Source: an uncultured Candidatus Saccharibacteria bacterium
GTDB lineage: Bacteria; Patescibacteriota; Saccharimonadia; CAILAD01; BJGX01
Direction: 5' to 3'
Assembly: GCA_964610335.1 (NCBI GenBank)
Contig: CAZSVP010000001.1
Location: forward strand, 223,442 to 287,441
DNA length: 64,000 nucleotides
This document shows, in pieces, positions 10,026 through 20,440 of this stretch; the stretch's first letter is position 1; each line of letters starts with the position of its first letter. Below the pieces are notes generated by a model. It ran no database searches. It was not told where the DNA came from and saw nothing but the letters and a program-made list of their open reading frames with translations. Both the position numbers and the translations under genes were made by a program.

Positions 10026-10605
10026 AGAGTTTACAAAGTCCGAGCGTCAATTTACGGCAAACACACTTAGTAAGCTCACTCCATCCCAATGGCAGGATGA
10101 TTCACTTTGTGAAGGCTGGACTGTGGAAGATGTCGCTGCACACTTGATAGTTCGTGAGGGACTAATTGCTCCTATTGGCATAGTCTTTCATAGTTTGCAC
10201 AAGATTCATGACTACGCCATTAGAAGGGTGGAGAACAAAGGCCACGACTATATTATTGCGCGGGTACGCAAATGCCCATGGTATATGCCTGCAGGAGCAA
10301 ATGTGGCAGAGTTCTATGTTCATAATGAAGACATACTACGTGGCGGGCTGCATATTCATAGGCCTATTCCGACTGGAGAATCTGCAGTGCTTTTGTGGAA
10401 CAGCCTCAAAGGTATAGCCAGAATACGGCCAAAACTGGTATCGGATCTGGGAGAGGTAACACTAGTAAACAAACAGACGGGTCAAGAACTTCATGTCAAA
10501 GCTAAGGATGGCGATAAATCTACAACTATCACAGGAGACCCTGGTGAATTGTTATTATACTTTTATGGTCGTCGATCGGCTGCTAAAGTAACAATTATTG
10601 ACTAG
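10015..10605 (+). CDS. MDMPI/TIGR03085-like metal-binding protein
   Basis: LCEGWTVEDVAAHL, EFYVHNEDILR and GDPGELLLYFYGR motifs. Confidence 0.75.
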   Translation: MTSKEFTKSERQFTANTLSKLTPSQWQDDSLCEGWTVEDVAAHLIVREGLIAPIGIVFHSLHKIHDYAIRRVENKGHDYIIARVRKCPWYMPAGANVAEFYVHNEDILRGGLHIHRPIPTGESAVLLWNSLKGIARIRPKLVSDLGEVTLVNKQTGQELHVKAKDGDKSTTITGDPGELLLYFYGRRSAAKVTIID

Positions 10606-11257
10606 TATCTCGGCTAACCTTTTTGGCATTCTCAATAAGATCGTTGAGATTGGTTGGAATTGGGTTATCAGCAAGTAGCTGCGCCATATAAATAGTGTTG
10701 GCTACCATGTATCTAGTAGTTTTGTTGGTGTAGAGGTGTTGTTCTCCACCGGCCTCGACATAGCTTGGGCCAGGGCCAGCATCGCCTACCCAATAGGTAT
10801 CCACATTTGGTGGTACAGTGCAGCCCAGGTGGGTAAGGTTATAGAGTGTATTGGCGCAAACATTGTGTGTACCATCTTCATTACCTGTTACAATACAGCC
10901 GGCTACTTTGTTGTAGAGAGGAAACTGTCCAGTAGATTCATCACCTTCAGCATATGTCCCATCGAGCCGCTCCATTACCATCTGACAAACGCTGCTGCGC
11001 ACTCCAAACCAGATAGGGCTTGCCATGATCAGTATGTTGCAGGCTTTGATCTTCTGGAGAATCTCTGGCCATTGGTCACCGTGTCCCTCATCGGAACTTA
11101 TACCAAAACGGACCTTGTAATCTACTACTCGTAGTACTTCAGTTTCTACACCCCGTTCTTCATATAGCTCAACAGCTTTCTGTATTAATGCATCAGTATT
11201 TGACTTGTTAGGTGATGGCTTGAGTGTGCAGTTTAGTATAAGGGCTTTTAGCGCCAT
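10595..11257 (-). CDS. Flavodoxin-like / NAD(P)H-dependent oxidoreductase
   Basis: LNCTLKPSP..SNT, SPIWFG and VTGNEDG motifs. Confidence 0.85.
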   Translation of the reverse strand: MALKALILNCTLKPSPNKSNTDALIQKAVELYEERGVETEVLRVVDYKVRFGISSDEGHGDQWPEILQKIKACNILIMASPIWFGVRSSVCQMVMERLDGTYAEGDESTGQFPLYNKVAGCIVTGNEDGTHNVCANTLYNLTHLGCTVPPNVDTYWVGDAGPGPSYVEAGGEQHLYTNKTTRYMVANTIYMAQLLADNPIPTNLNDLIENAKKVSRDTSQ

Positions 11258-11311
11258 GTTGTTCTCCTATTAATTCTATTGAATATTCTAACATGGTTGT
11301 ATAATGCAGTT

Positions 11312-11920
11312 ATGAGTAACGGCGAGGGCAGTGGCCCACATGATCCAACAGACCAAGACAAACCAACAGAGGGTGAACTTCGGGCTGCAGATGAATGGGA
11401 GGGGCGTGAACGGCGCATGGTAGAGGAATTGCACGACCAAGATGTTGCGCGCCTAGAAGCCGAGGAAGCACGCCAGCAGCAGGCAATTCTAGCACAACTC
11501 GATCAGGCAGACCAAGCAGTGGCCGATAGTATCGAAAGTGCACAACGAGATGCTGTACTAGCCGAGGAGGCACGACGGGATCAAGAAAAGCTACGACAAT
11601 TACGCAAAGAGCAACAGGGCATACGAGCTATGAAGTGGGAGCAAGAGCGTATGTTGCAAGAGCAACGGGAAATAATTGCAGAGCGATTTCGTAAATTGGT
11701 TGGTGGACAGGAGCCAAGTGAAATTGATGAAAACCTTCAATCAGATGATCCAGAAGTTAGAATGCGAGCGTATCGTGATATGGTTGATAAGATCCGGCTA
11801 AAGCAAGGGTTACCATTGAGAAGATCTAATGTAGACACCAGTAATTCTGAGCCTGAAGTGTCAAGTAATCGAGTAGATAAGCATCAAGCTATGAGAGACA
11901 GAGCAGCAGATAGTATTTAG
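11312..11920 (+). CDS. Hypothetical coiled-coil protein
   Basis: E/Q/R-rich helical sequence; TATAAT 6 nt before ATG 11312. Confidence 0.65.
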   Translation: MSNGEGSGPHDPTDQDKPTEGELRAADEWEGRERRMVEELHDQDVARLEAEEARQQQAILAQLDQADQAVADSIESAQRDAVLAEEARRDQEKLRQLRKEQQGIRAMKWEQERMLQEQREIIAERFRKLVGGQEPSEIDENLQSDDPEVRMRAYRDMVDKIRLKQGLPLRRSNVDTSNSEPEVSSNRVDKHQAMRDRAADSI

Positions 11921-11933
11921 TATAAGGAGGGTT

Positions 11934-12413
11934 ATGGCAAAGCAACTTGAACTAGCGGATTTTGGAGGTGGGTGCTTTTGGGGAGTGGAAGAAGTTTTTC
12001 GCACAGCCAAGGGAGTAGTTAAGACCCAAGTAGGCTATGAGGGTGGCCATGTTGCCAATCCCACATATGAGCAAGTAAGTAGTCACACTACAGGTCACGC
12101 CGAAACAGTGCAAGTCTCGTTTGATCCTGACAAAATTAGCTACACAGAGTTACTAGACTTATTTTTTGACCATCACGATCCTACTCAGGTAAATGGGCAG
12201 GGTCCAGACATAGGTGAAAATTACCGTAGTGTGATATTCTACCGCAGCGACGAGCAAAAGAAGCAAGCTGAAGCTAAGATTGTCGAGCTTGATAAATCAG
12301 GTAAATTTAGCAAGCCAATAGCCACTATGGTAGTACCGGCTAGCAATTTTTGGTTAGCCGAAGATTATCATCAACAATATCTACATAAACGAAATCTTGA
12401 TGTTTGTTATTAA
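11934..12413 (+). CDS. msrA: Peptide-methionine (S)-S-oxide reductase
   Basis: GGCFWG and AEDYHQQYL motifs. Confidence 0.95.
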   Translation: MAKQLELADFGGGCFWGVEEVFRTAKGVVKTQVGYEGGHVANPTYEQVSSHTTGHAETVQVSFDPDKISYTELLDLFFDHHDPTQVNGQGPDIGENYRSVIFYRSDEQKKQAEAKIVELDKSGKFSKPIATMVVPASNFWLAEDYHQQYLHKRNLDVCY

Positions 12414-13069
12414 CGACTGAGCTTGGTTAGTATCTCTAAGTCAAGCTCATCAAAACTATCAATAATCATGTCTGCCTCGTGCAGGTCTTCAACTGTATTG
12501 AAGCCGTTGTGGTAGCCCACAGCTGTCATGCCGGCAGCGTGGGCGGCAGCAATTCCAGATGCGGCGTCTTCTACTACCACACAATGGCTTGGTGAGATGC
12601 TAAGTTTATGAGCGGCTGTGAGGTATATATCGGGCGATGGCTTGCCATGGACTACATCATCAGCCGTAACAACCTCTTTGAAGAACGGTGTGAGCTGATT
12701 CTTGCGTAGTAACACCTTGGCAACAGAGCGTTTAGAACCTGTGGCCACGGCCATTGGTACACCTTGGTCATATAGTGAGCTAAGAAGTTGAGGAAGTTGC
12801 TTGCTCATGAGTAACTCATGCTTCTGGTAGTATAGGTCACGTTCTAATTTAATCTGGTTGGCAAGCTTGGTGTTGTCTATGTTGACTCCAAACTGGCTTT
12901 CAAACACCTTCACTACGTCGTCAAACTCCATGCCGAGTATTTGTTGGAAAGCATGCTTGGAGAGTTCTATACCACTCTCATGCAAGTAGCTATGCCATAG
13001 TTTGTAGTTGAACGGTATTGTGTCCACAAGTACACCGTCCATATCAAATATGACTGCTAGTTTCTTCAT
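12410..13069 (-). CDS. HAD-family phosphatase
   Basis: FDMDGVL, KPSPDIY and VEDAASG motifs. Confidence 0.9.
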   Translation of the reverse strand: MKKLAVIFDMDGVLVDTIPFNYKLWHSYLHESGIELSKHAFQQILGMEFDDVVKVFESQFGVNIDNTKLANQIKLERDLYYQKHELLMSKQLPQLLSSLYDQGVPMAVATGSKRSVAKVLLRKNQLTPFFKEVVTADDVVHGKPSPDIYLTAAHKLSISPSHCVVVEDAASGIAAAHAAGMTAVGYHNGFNTVEDLHEADMIIDSFDELDLEILTKLSR

Positions 13070-13178
13070 AAGTCATATTATACCTCAATCTAAAGATACT
13101 AATGGTTAGCTTTTGCGAGACGGTTTGATATACTTACGGCGGAACTGTACACCTTGAGAATTGGGGAGGTGAACCCCC

Positions 13179-13574
13179 ATGCTACGAACCAAGTGTATCT
13201 TTGCCGAAGCTGAGCCCGATGACGGGTTGAGGATATCGGTGATGAGTCGGCACACGCTCGATGACGGGGTTACCCCAGACTTGCGCATCACTGTCGACTC
13301 GTTCGACTACCACTGGACGGTGTACGCGCCCAATCCTCAGTTGATCGGGAGCTACCTGCGCGACGAGGTCGACTGGACTGAATTTGACCAGCAATATCGC
13401 CAGGCGCAGCGCATGCCCGAACAAGTCGAGAAGCTCTGGACACTGATTCAGTGGGCAGAGGAGCGCAACATCACACTGCTGTGTAAGGAGGCCACTCCCG
13501 AACAGTGCCATCGTCGACTGTTAGCCGAAGAATGTCAGCTGCTCGACCCAACCCTGCAAGTCCATATCGCCTGA
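13179..13574 (+). CDS. DUF488-family protein (GC-rich islet)
   Basis: DDGLRISVM and ITLLCKE...CHRRLL motifs; SD GGGGAGGT. Confidence 0.75.
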   Translation: MLRTKCIFAEAEPDDGLRISVMSRHTLDDGVTPDLRITVDSFDYHWTVYAPNPQLIGSYLRDEVDWTEFDQQYRQAQRMPEQVEKLWTLIQWAEERNITLLCKEATPEQCHRRLLAEECQLLDPTLQVHIA

Positions 13575-13587
13575 AGGAGGCACCGCA

Positions 13588-13911
13588 ATGCCCGACATCA
13601 AACACCCTGGTCTATACAGTCTGTGGCTGTATGTTGACCGTGACAACGGTGCTCGTTTCACCTTCGTGGAGGTGACGGAGACCAGCACGTACGGTGCACC
13701 AGATGGCCATGTGGGAATGAAGTGGTACTCACTCAATGGTTGCACCGACAACCGAGAGTATGTGCACCGCGAAATTCCCGAAGAGATCCGGCGCCTCACC
13801 ATCGTCAAGTTCTGGCAGCTGGTGGATGAGCGCAAACTCATCTTCCTGAAGGAGCACCCTGGTGAGCACTTCGCGCCTGAGCCGATCTTGCAAGTCGGCG
13901 ACAAGGTCTGA
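13588..13911 (+). CDS. Hypothetical protein (islet)
   Basis: AAGGAGG SD; 107-aa ORF with high GC3. Confidence 0.7.
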   Translation: MPDIKHPGLYSLWLYVDRDNGARFTFVEVTETSTYGAPDGHVGMKWYSLNGCTDNREYVHREIPEEIRRLTIVKFWQLVDERKLIFLKEHPGEHFAPEPILQVGDKV

Positions 13912-13927
13912 ACCCCAAGGACAACCC

Positions 13928-14086
13928 ATGCATGACCACCCCAACCCCTGTGAGAAGTGCAAGGAGCTCGGCGCGCCCACCGAGGGCATGACCAAGATGT
14001 GCCGTCACTGTGCCGGCAACTTCTGCTTCGGCCACATCACGGCTCACGAAGAGCAATGCGATGGGCCGATGAACCGCGACGACTGA
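13928..14086 (+). CDS. Small Cys/His zinc-finger-like protein (islet)
   Basis: AAGGA SD; CEKC...CRHC...FCFGH...H...C pattern resembling AN1/B-box. Confidence 0.65.
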   Translation: MHDHPNPCEKCKELGAPTEGMTKMCRHCAGNFCFGHITAHEEQCDGPMNRDD

Positions 14087-14100
14087 GCACGGTTCGAACA

Positions 14101-14124
14101 CCGTCTGGGAGACTGCCCAGGCGG
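14101..14124 (+). terminator. Terminal hairpin of islet
   Basis: CCGTCTGGG-agactg-CCCAGGCGG. Confidence 0.55.
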
Positions 14125-14215
14125 CTCCCTTCCAAGTGCTCAACCGGTTGAGTGTTTAGAAGGAAGCAACGCGATGCTATAATGCCCTTAAGCTAACATA
14201 AGGACTATAAAAATT

Positions 14216-14638
14216 ATGCGCATGAAGTATCGTTCGCTACTATCGATCTTGCTACTCAACATCATTACTCTCGGGCTATACCAGATCTACTGGTACTTCA
14301 TAACCAAAACCGAGATGAACACGTTAAACAAACGTGAATTGAAAGTGCCATTCTTTCTATGGTTTTTTATACCAATCATCAATATCTGGTGGTTTTGGCG
14401 ATGGGCTAAGGCGATTGAGGCTACCACCAAAGGCTTGATCGGTAGATGGGCAGCCTTTCTGGCGCCGTTTGTGATTGCGCTGGCTGTAAGCGTATTCTTC
14501 GGAATTACCGGACCGTTCAATATATATACCGACTCACTAACAAGCACACATTTCTTGCTTCAGGTGGCATTTGCCAACATCATTATCTTGCTGCCAGTTT
14601 TTTACTATCAATCCAATCTCAACAAAGTAGCTCGCTAG
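14216..14638 (+). CDS. DUF4234-like membrane protein
   Basis: LLNIITLGLYQIYWYF N-terminal motif. Confidence 0.7.
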   Translation: MRMKYRSLLSILLLNIITLGLYQIYWYFITKTEMNTLNKRELKVPFFLWFFIPIINIWWFWRWAKAIEATTKGLIGRWAAFLAPFVIALAVSVFFGITGPFNIYTDSLTSTHFLLQVAFANIIILLPVFYYQSNLNKVAR

Positions 14639-14665
14639 AAACCACAAATAAGTTACAATAGGGCA

Positions 14666-15913
14666 ATGAATAGTCCGCAAAATCATCAAGCAATCATTTT
14701 GGCACGTGGCGGGGGCGGAGGCTCTAGCTCTGGCGGTGGAGGAGGTGGTGGTAGTAGCAGTAGTAGCCATAGCTCAAGTTATTCGAGTTCTGGCTCGGGG
14801 TCTGGCTCTAGTGCTCCTGGATGGGTTACGTGGCTATTCATTTTTGGCTTTGTCGGTATATGGATACTAATTATGGTGTTTTCCGCAAGAGCTAAGAAAA
14901 AGTCAGGCTCGACCCCACCAGCTGGCTTTGTTGATGCTAAGGATCTAGAAAATGAAGATCAAAAAGCTTTGGCTTCACGCGCCAATGATGTTTTTATGAA
15001 GTTTCAACAGGCATGGATGGAATTTGATCTTACTACTATGAAGAAAGTTACTTCACCAAGCTATTATGCCAAGATGGCGCTAGAGCTCAATGTACTCAAA
15101 AACTATCAACGCAAGAATTTGATGGAGAATACAGAGATACTAGGAACTTATATAGGCCAAAGCGAGAGTTACACAGATGAGTTTAGGGTGTTCTTTCGAG
15201 CTAAGTCCAACGATAAACTGATTGATACCAAAGAAAATAAGGAAATATTTACAGATAACAGCGAGTTTACGGAGATTTGGAATTTTGTAAAAGTAGGCAA
15301 GGAGTATGTACTGGATCGTATCGATCAGACTACAGCTGATGCAAGTAAGTTCGATGAGGGTATAGCTCAGTTTGCTAGCTCCAACAATTACTTTTATGAC
15401 CCCGACTTTGGTTGGCTGATGATGCCAACCCGAGGTGCAATATTTGGTCCGACTGGTTTTGGGAATGCCGACATCAACAATCATGTGATAGGTAGTTATG
15501 GCAAGGCAAATAAACAAAAGATTGTAGAGTTCTACAGTTATGAGCCCAAGGCTGGCATGGGTATGTCGCCCATCACGGTAGCTCAGGCCATACTACCTAA
15601 ACACTACGACGATATTTTGGTGACAGAAAAGAGCTGGTATAGATTCAAGCCTAAGGGCAAAGGCTTGGAGAAGGTTGAGACAGAGAGTGTGGAGTATAAC
15701 AAAAAGTTCGCAGTGTGGGCTGCTAAACCAGATAGAGCAACCAGTTTTGAGCTGCTAGCTACTAACTTCATGGAGCGGATTTACAAACTCGACTTCGAAG
15801 TGAACATAGAGGTGGTGGACAACGTGTTGTATTTGTATAGCCCCGACCACAAGCCAAACTATGCTGAGATGCAGGAGGTATTGAGCTGGGCATTTGAGGA
15901 GATGAAGTTGTAA
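14666..15913 (+). CDS. Tim44-like domain protein with Gly/Ser-rich N-terminus
   Basis: ARGGGG/S-rich leader, TM, FMKFQQAW...FTEIWNF...LDRIDQ. Confidence 0.7.
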   Translation: MNSPQNHQAIILARGGGGGSSSGGGGGGGSSSSSHSSSYSSSGSGSGSSAPGWVTWLFIFGFVGIWILIMVFSARAKKKSGSTPPAGFVDAKDLENEDQKALASRANDVFMKFQQAWMEFDLTTMKKVTSPSYYAKMALELNVLKNYQRKNLMENTEILGTYIGQSESYTDEFRVFFRAKSNDKLIDTKENKEIFTDNSEFTEIWNFVKVGKEYVLDRIDQTTADASKFDEGIAQFASSNNYFYDPDFGWLMMPTRGAIFGPTGFGNADINNHVIGSYGKANKQKIVEFYSYEPKAGMGMSPITVAQAILPKHYDDILVTEKSWYRFKPKGKGLEKVETESVEYNKKFAVWAAKPDRATSFELLATNFMERIYKLDFEVNIEVVDNVLYLYSPDHKPNYAEMQEVLSWAFEEMKL

Positions 15914-15915
15914 CG

Positions 15916-16176
15916 ATGGTCAAACGAAGTCAAAACAAGCTAATAGGCGAGGTGGTTGGGTGGTATGGCACGGCAGCAATAATAAGTGCCTACGCGCTAG
16001 TAAGCTTTAATATCATATACGCCGATTCGGTAGTCTATCAGTTATTAAACCTAACAGGCGCGGTTGGGATAATAGTAATCTCGGTAATCAAAGGGCTACG
16101 CCAAACAGTTGTACTAAATGTGTTTTGGCTAATAATAGCTATTGTGGCGCTTGCAAGGATACTGTTAATAAGATGA
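15916..16176 (+). CDS. Small membrane protein (CBU_0592-like)
   Basis: GWYG...AY...YQLLNLTGA...LNVFW pattern. Confidence 0.65.
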   Translation: MVKRSQNKLIGEVVGWYGTAAIISAYALVSFNIIYADSVVYQLLNLTGAVGIIVISVIKGLRQTVVLNVFWLIIAIVALARILLIR

Positions 16177-16799
16177 GTGATAACTTTGATATTACCAAAC
16201 TGTTTCCCAGGCTTTACAAGGCCGATCCCAAGGAGCCTGTACTCATACACGTGCCAGCGCTCCGAGTGTTAGCAATCTCTGGTGAAGGCGATCCCAATAC
16301 TGAGTCGTTCCAACATGCAGTGGAGGCATTATACAGTACGGCATATGGTATCAAGTTTATGCCTAAGCGTGGTCCTGTACCCGAAGGTTTTGTAGACTTC
16401 AAAGTATCGCCACTCGAAGCTTTGTGGAGCATGAAAGATGGCAAAGAGTTCGACGCAAGTAAGCCTGATCAGTGGCACTGGGAGGCATTCTTGGTGGTCC
16501 CAGGGTTTGTTACACAGAATTTGGCACAAAACGCTGCTAAAGCCATGTCTGAAAAGCATCCTAACCCACAGTTTGATAACTTACACATCAAAACCCTAGA
16601 AGAAAAGCAGGCTGTACAAATCATGCATGTAGGCTCATACAAGAACGAAACTGCCGACATCGCCCTCATGCGTTCGTTTATGGAAAGTCATGATCTTAAG
16701 CCATCTTCTGCTCACCATGAGATATATTTGAGCGATCCGCGTCGAGTTGCTACCTCGCGGCTCAAGACTATCTTGCGTCAACCCGTGATTAAGAAGTAG
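16173..16799 (+). CDS. GyrI-like small-molecule-binding protein
   Basis: GEGDPN, PLEALW, HVGSY and HHEIYLSDPRR motifs. Confidence 0.85.
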   Translation: MSDNFDITKLFPRLYKADPKEPVLIHVPALRVLAISGEGDPNTESFQHAVEALYSTAYGIKFMPKRGPVPEGFVDFKVSPLEALWSMKDGKEFDASKPDQWHWEAFLVVPGFVTQNLAQNAAKAMSEKHPNPQFDNLHIKTLEEKQAVQIMHVGSYKNETADIALMRSFMESHDLKPSSAHHEIYLSDPRRVATSRLKTILRQPVIKK

Positions 16800-16840
16800 T
16801 TTCTTTGCATCAGATTTAGTAAAACTGTTATGCTATATGT

Positions 16841-18064
16841 ATGTCAGAAATACCTAGATCTCCTCTTGAAGACGATGAAACAACTACAAGCCGCTCGCCA
16901 AAGCCGAGTAAGGCTAAGCGAATTCTAACAACCGGCGCTGTGCTGGCTAGCTTACCTGGAGTAGCACATGCCACCACAACCGAACAAGGCCAGGTTCAGA
17001 CTGCTACTCCAAGAGTAGAGTTTGTGCAGACTCCAGTAGTTCAACATACAACAGCTCATGAATCAGCTAGCGTGAGTGTACCACAGGCAGAAATCTATGC
17101 GCGCGGATTCTCTCAAGATCCAAATGCTGGCAAGACGGTCAACCCGAACTCAGTTACTGAGACAATTAACACACTTAGGCAGCAGATCCCTGCAGAATCA
17201 ACAATAACAAATATACAGGTTACAGGAGGTGCTTCGGCTGAAGATGAGCATCACGATGATTTGGGTGGTGTCCAAGAACCTAGTGAGCCAAATCGACTGT
17301 TGGCAGAAACACGGGCCAATGTTTATGTTACTGAGTTTGATCCTCGTCTTCGACAAGAATTGACGAGTAAGGGAGTTGAAATACCAGACAATGTTGAGAC
17401 TAAAGTCGATGCTGTGGAAGATTTTTTGAAAGACAATGAGGTGTTGAGTATAAATGAGGTCATTGCCAGTACGGGCTATCATGGTACAGTCAATGATCTT
17501 TTAGAACAGTACAATACTGGTCAAACAATACCTTCAGAGGCCAAGATACTACTTGACCACTTCATACGCGACCGTCGCAAAGTGACAGTAACAGTTGATT
17601 TTAGCAGGCCAGTAGATCAGGCGGTCCAAGCTTATGTATATAAACCGGTTTTAAGATTGGAAACCACCACTGTACCAACTGAAAGGCCAGTAGAAAGAAC
17701 AGTATTGACCACCAATGAGCTAATTGGTTATAAGCCAGATAGCCCCGAGCCTGTTAAGCGAATTGACACAGATAGTACGGAGTCTGATCCACGAATTCAA
17801 CGTGGTGTACCAACTGTTGTAGATACCACCGGGAGAACGCCAATTGTTGAACCACCACCTCCACCACCTCCACCTCCACCTGGAGAACGCAGCTATGATG
17901 TATATGCCGGTAGAAGAGCTCAAAACCCTCATAGCTCCAGACCTAGCCAGGCGTTTGAACGAATCAAACAACCAAATACATCGAATTTTGAGCGAGCCAA
18001 AGGTTTAAGGGACAGAAAAGGTCGTGAGACAAAGTCCTCGTACCGTGGCCAAAAGCGTGGCTAG
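16841..18064 (+). CDS. Hypothetical protein with poly-Pro tract and basic tail
   Basis: 407-aa ORF; TATGCT 6 nt before ATG. Confidence 0.7.
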   Translation: MSEIPRSPLEDDETTTSRSPKPSKAKRILTTGAVLASLPGVAHATTTEQGQVQTATPRVEFVQTPVVQHTTAHESASVSVPQAEIYARGFSQDPNAGKTVNPNSVTETINTLRQQIPAESTITNIQVTGGASAEDEHHDDLGGVQEPSEPNRLLAETRANVYVTEFDPRLRQELTSKGVEIPDNVETKVDAVEDFLKDNEVLSINEVIASTGYHGTVNDLLEQYNTGQTIPSEAKILLDHFIRDRRKVTVTVDFSRPVDQAVQAYVYKPVLRLETTTVPTERPVERTVLTTNELIGYKPDSPEPVKRIDTDSTESDPRIQRGVPTVVDTTGRTPIVEPPPPPPPPPPGERSYDVYAGRRAQNPHSSRPSQAFERIKQPNTSNFERAKGLRDRKGRETKSSYRGQKRG

Positions 18065-18070
18065 GAGTTA

Positions 18071-18454
18071 CTAGTCTACAACTCGATCGTGAGTATTTGT
18101 ATCCGACTTGGCTTTCTTCTTGTTGGGATTACCAGTTGCGAGAGCAATAATTAGAATTCCAACTAGCATAATCAGTACTGGCTCAAGCACACTTACTTGC
18201 TTGAATACACCAAGACGACCGAGCGTCAGTACAAATCCTAATCCAATCAGTCCGAGCGGGAAGCCCATATGGTCTTTTGATGTCCCGAGTGTGAATAAGC
18301 CTACAAATATCAGGATTACAGGCCAATACATACCAAGTGTGGAATTGAGAGTCAGCTGATTGCCCAGCATGCTCAGGAAGTATAACCCCATTATGATAAT
18401 AAATGCGCCCAGCAAAAATGAAGCAAGTTTTGATTTCATAGCATAATAATACAC
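18071..18454 (-). CDS. LiaF/LiaI-like membrane protein
   Basis: YWPVILIFVGL motif; four TM segments. Confidence 0.6.
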   Translation of the reverse strand: MYYYAMKSKLASFLLGAFIIIMGLYFLSMLGNQLTLNSTLGMYWPVILIFVGLFTLGTSKDHMGFPLGLIGLGFVLTLGRLGVFKQVSVLEPVLIMLVGILIIALATGNPNKKKAKSDTNTHDRVVD

Positions 18455-18484
18455 CTTTGGAACAGATAGCGCTAGAATAGTAAT

Positions 18485-19426
18485 ATGCTCAAACCACCAG
18501 CTCGATTTAGTGAAGTGTTTATACTTGGTGTGGGCCGTAGTGGCACCACATTACTAAGAACTATACTCAATGGCCACAGCAAACTATATGTTACTCCCGA
18601 GGCTCACTTTGTGTTACCACTACTCAAGTATAAGAAACATTACGATGTGGCAACAGGATTTGATAAAACTCGCTTCTCGCAAGATCTAATGCAGGCGGGG
18701 AGTTTTACACATTGGCACATGGGTAGCAAAGATATCAACAAAGCATTCTCAGGTGCAGCAAACACCACAGATGCCATTGCCAGACTGTATTGTTACTATG
18801 CAGCTTTGCAAGGTAAGCAAATTGCGATCGACAAGACGCCATCACTTACTCAGCATATTGGTTTTATACTCAAGAACTATCCTAATGCTCGTTTTGTACA
18901 TTTGATTCGAGATGGACGTGATGTAGCAGTATCGCAGTATTCGGCCGGTTGGACTAAATCTGTTGATGAAGCGGCAGTGGACTGGTCGGTGCGAACCAAG
19001 CTTGCACAAAAGGATGGAGTAAAGCTTGGTAAGAAACACTATCTAGAAATTCGCTATGAAGACTTGGTGACTAAGCCAAAAATACAGGTTAAGGCATTAT
19101 GTAGCTGGCTAGGAGTAGCATACGAGCCAAAGATGTTGAAAGATACAAGCTCAAATGCCAAGCAACTACTCGGGAGTGTTTACCAGCCGAATCTTCACAA
19201 CAATTTATTGCAACCTATCAAACCACAAAAGCCCAAAGGAACTGCCGAGCAACGTCGACGTGTGGAACAGATCTCTGCGAAACAGTTGCAGTTGTTGGGC
19301 TATACAACTGTTGATGCATCAAACGCTCAATCAATGTTTACTTATAGTTATCTGCTAACTCGAAAATTTGGTGTTGCAGCACTGCGGCAACTGAGCTGGA
19401 GGTGGCGATTACCAAGAAACTATTAG
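18485..19426 (+). CDS. Sulfotransferase family protein
   Basis: GVGRSGTTLL, DKTP, HLIRDGRDVAVS and RYEDLV motifs. Confidence 0.9.
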   Translation: MLKPPARFSEVFILGVGRSGTTLLRTILNGHSKLYVTPEAHFVLPLLKYKKHYDVATGFDKTRFSQDLMQAGSFTHWHMGSKDINKAFSGAANTTDAIARLYCYYAALQGKQIAIDKTPSLTQHIGFILKNYPNARFVHLIRDGRDVAVSQYSAGWTKSVDEAAVDWSVRTKLAQKDGVKLGKKHYLEIRYEDLVTKPKIQVKALCSWLGVAYEPKMLKDTSSNAKQLLGSVYQPNLHNNLLQPIKPQKPKGTAEQRRRVEQISAKQLQLLGYTTVDASNAQSMFTYSYLLTRKFGVAALRQLSWRWRLPRNY

Positions 19427-19845
19427 GGTTTTGCTATTGCTTGGTAAAAACAAAGTTTGTATCGGTCTGGATCGCGTAGTACAAACTCACGATTTCCCCA
19501 AGGCCAATCACGCGGTTCTGAGCTAGGCTCGTAGCCTTTGTCGAGTAATCCTTGGTGAAACCCATCGATATTATCCACATTGATGTATATGTACATACCG
19601 GCGCCTTTTTGCTCGGCAAAAGCATCGTGCTCAAACTCAGAGTTACCCTTGGCAGTGGCTTGATTGACTAACCAAAGTTTAAAGCCATTGATATCAACTA
19701 TAGCCATATCGTCACCTGAAAATGTTTCTTTAAATCCCAAGGATTCATAAAACTCCGCCGATTTCAGGTGGTCAGCAACATATAGAGTTATAATATCGAT
19801 TTTCTGAATCATCTTGTTTGTATTATATTCGGTTTGAGTAGTCAT
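19423..19845 (-). CDS. VOC/glyoxalase family protein
   Basis: FYESLGF and DWPWGNREFVLRDPD motifs. Confidence 0.85.
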   Translation of the reverse strand: MTTQTEYNTNKMIQKIDIITLYVADHLKSAEFYESLGFKETFSGDDMAIVDINGFKLWLVNQATAKGNSEFEHDAFAEQKGAGMYIYINVDNIDGFHQGLLDKGYEPSSEPRDWPWGNREFVLRDPDRYKLCFYQAIAKP

Positions 19846-19912
19846 TTCAACTTTAAAGTGTTCAAAATATCTGACTGGCTATTTATAGCCATACTATGCT
19901 AGCATAAGCATA

Positions 19913-20440
19913 ATGACCAGATCAAAAACTCATCACAACCAACATACGTGGCTATTTATTATTGTCGCTATCGTGTTAGTTGGTATTGTCGGTGCTTCTT
20001 TGTACTTTGTCACACAAAGCAAAAAACAACCAACTTACTTCTCAAGCAATGAGGTGAAGCTACTCGAGTTTGATAGTAGCACGGGACCAGTTAGCCCCGA
20101 GTACCAAGAGAGTAAGACTCTGATAATCACTCCTACTACATGTAGCTATACATTTACGAAGATACAGCCACAGAGTACAACTACAACAAGTTGTGTCATG
20201 ACTGAAACTATTTGGAATACTATTGTAGGGGATTTTGAAAGTAACAAGGTCAAATCAATCTTGGAATCAGCGCCTCAAAGTTCTGATCTTTTAGGTGGGC
20301 CACAAAAGCAGTTCACTGCAGTTTACGCCAATGGTGATACTTATAAAGCATTTATAAATGATTCTGTAAAAGAAAAGCTGCAAAGCTTCTTACAACAAGT
20401 TCAAGCTCAAGTACCAGATCTTAGTAACATTAGTTACTAG
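19913..20440 (+). CDS. Hypothetical membrane-anchored protein
   Basis: N-terminal TM segment. Confidence 0.6.
   Translation: MTRSKTHHNQHTWLFIIVAIVLVGIVGASLYFVTQSKKQPTYFSSNEVKLLEFDSSTGPVSPEYQESKTLIITPTTCSYTFTKIQPQSTTTTSCVMTETIWNTIVGDFESNKVKSILESAPQSSDLLGGPQKQFTAVYANGDTYKAFINDSVKEKLQSFLQQVQAQVPDLSNISY

Noticed and set aside
14700-14815. GGC/AGT-rich repeats (also CCA runs near 17850 and in 36707-37250)
   Set aside because: Explained by Gly/Ser- and Pro-rich protein coding.
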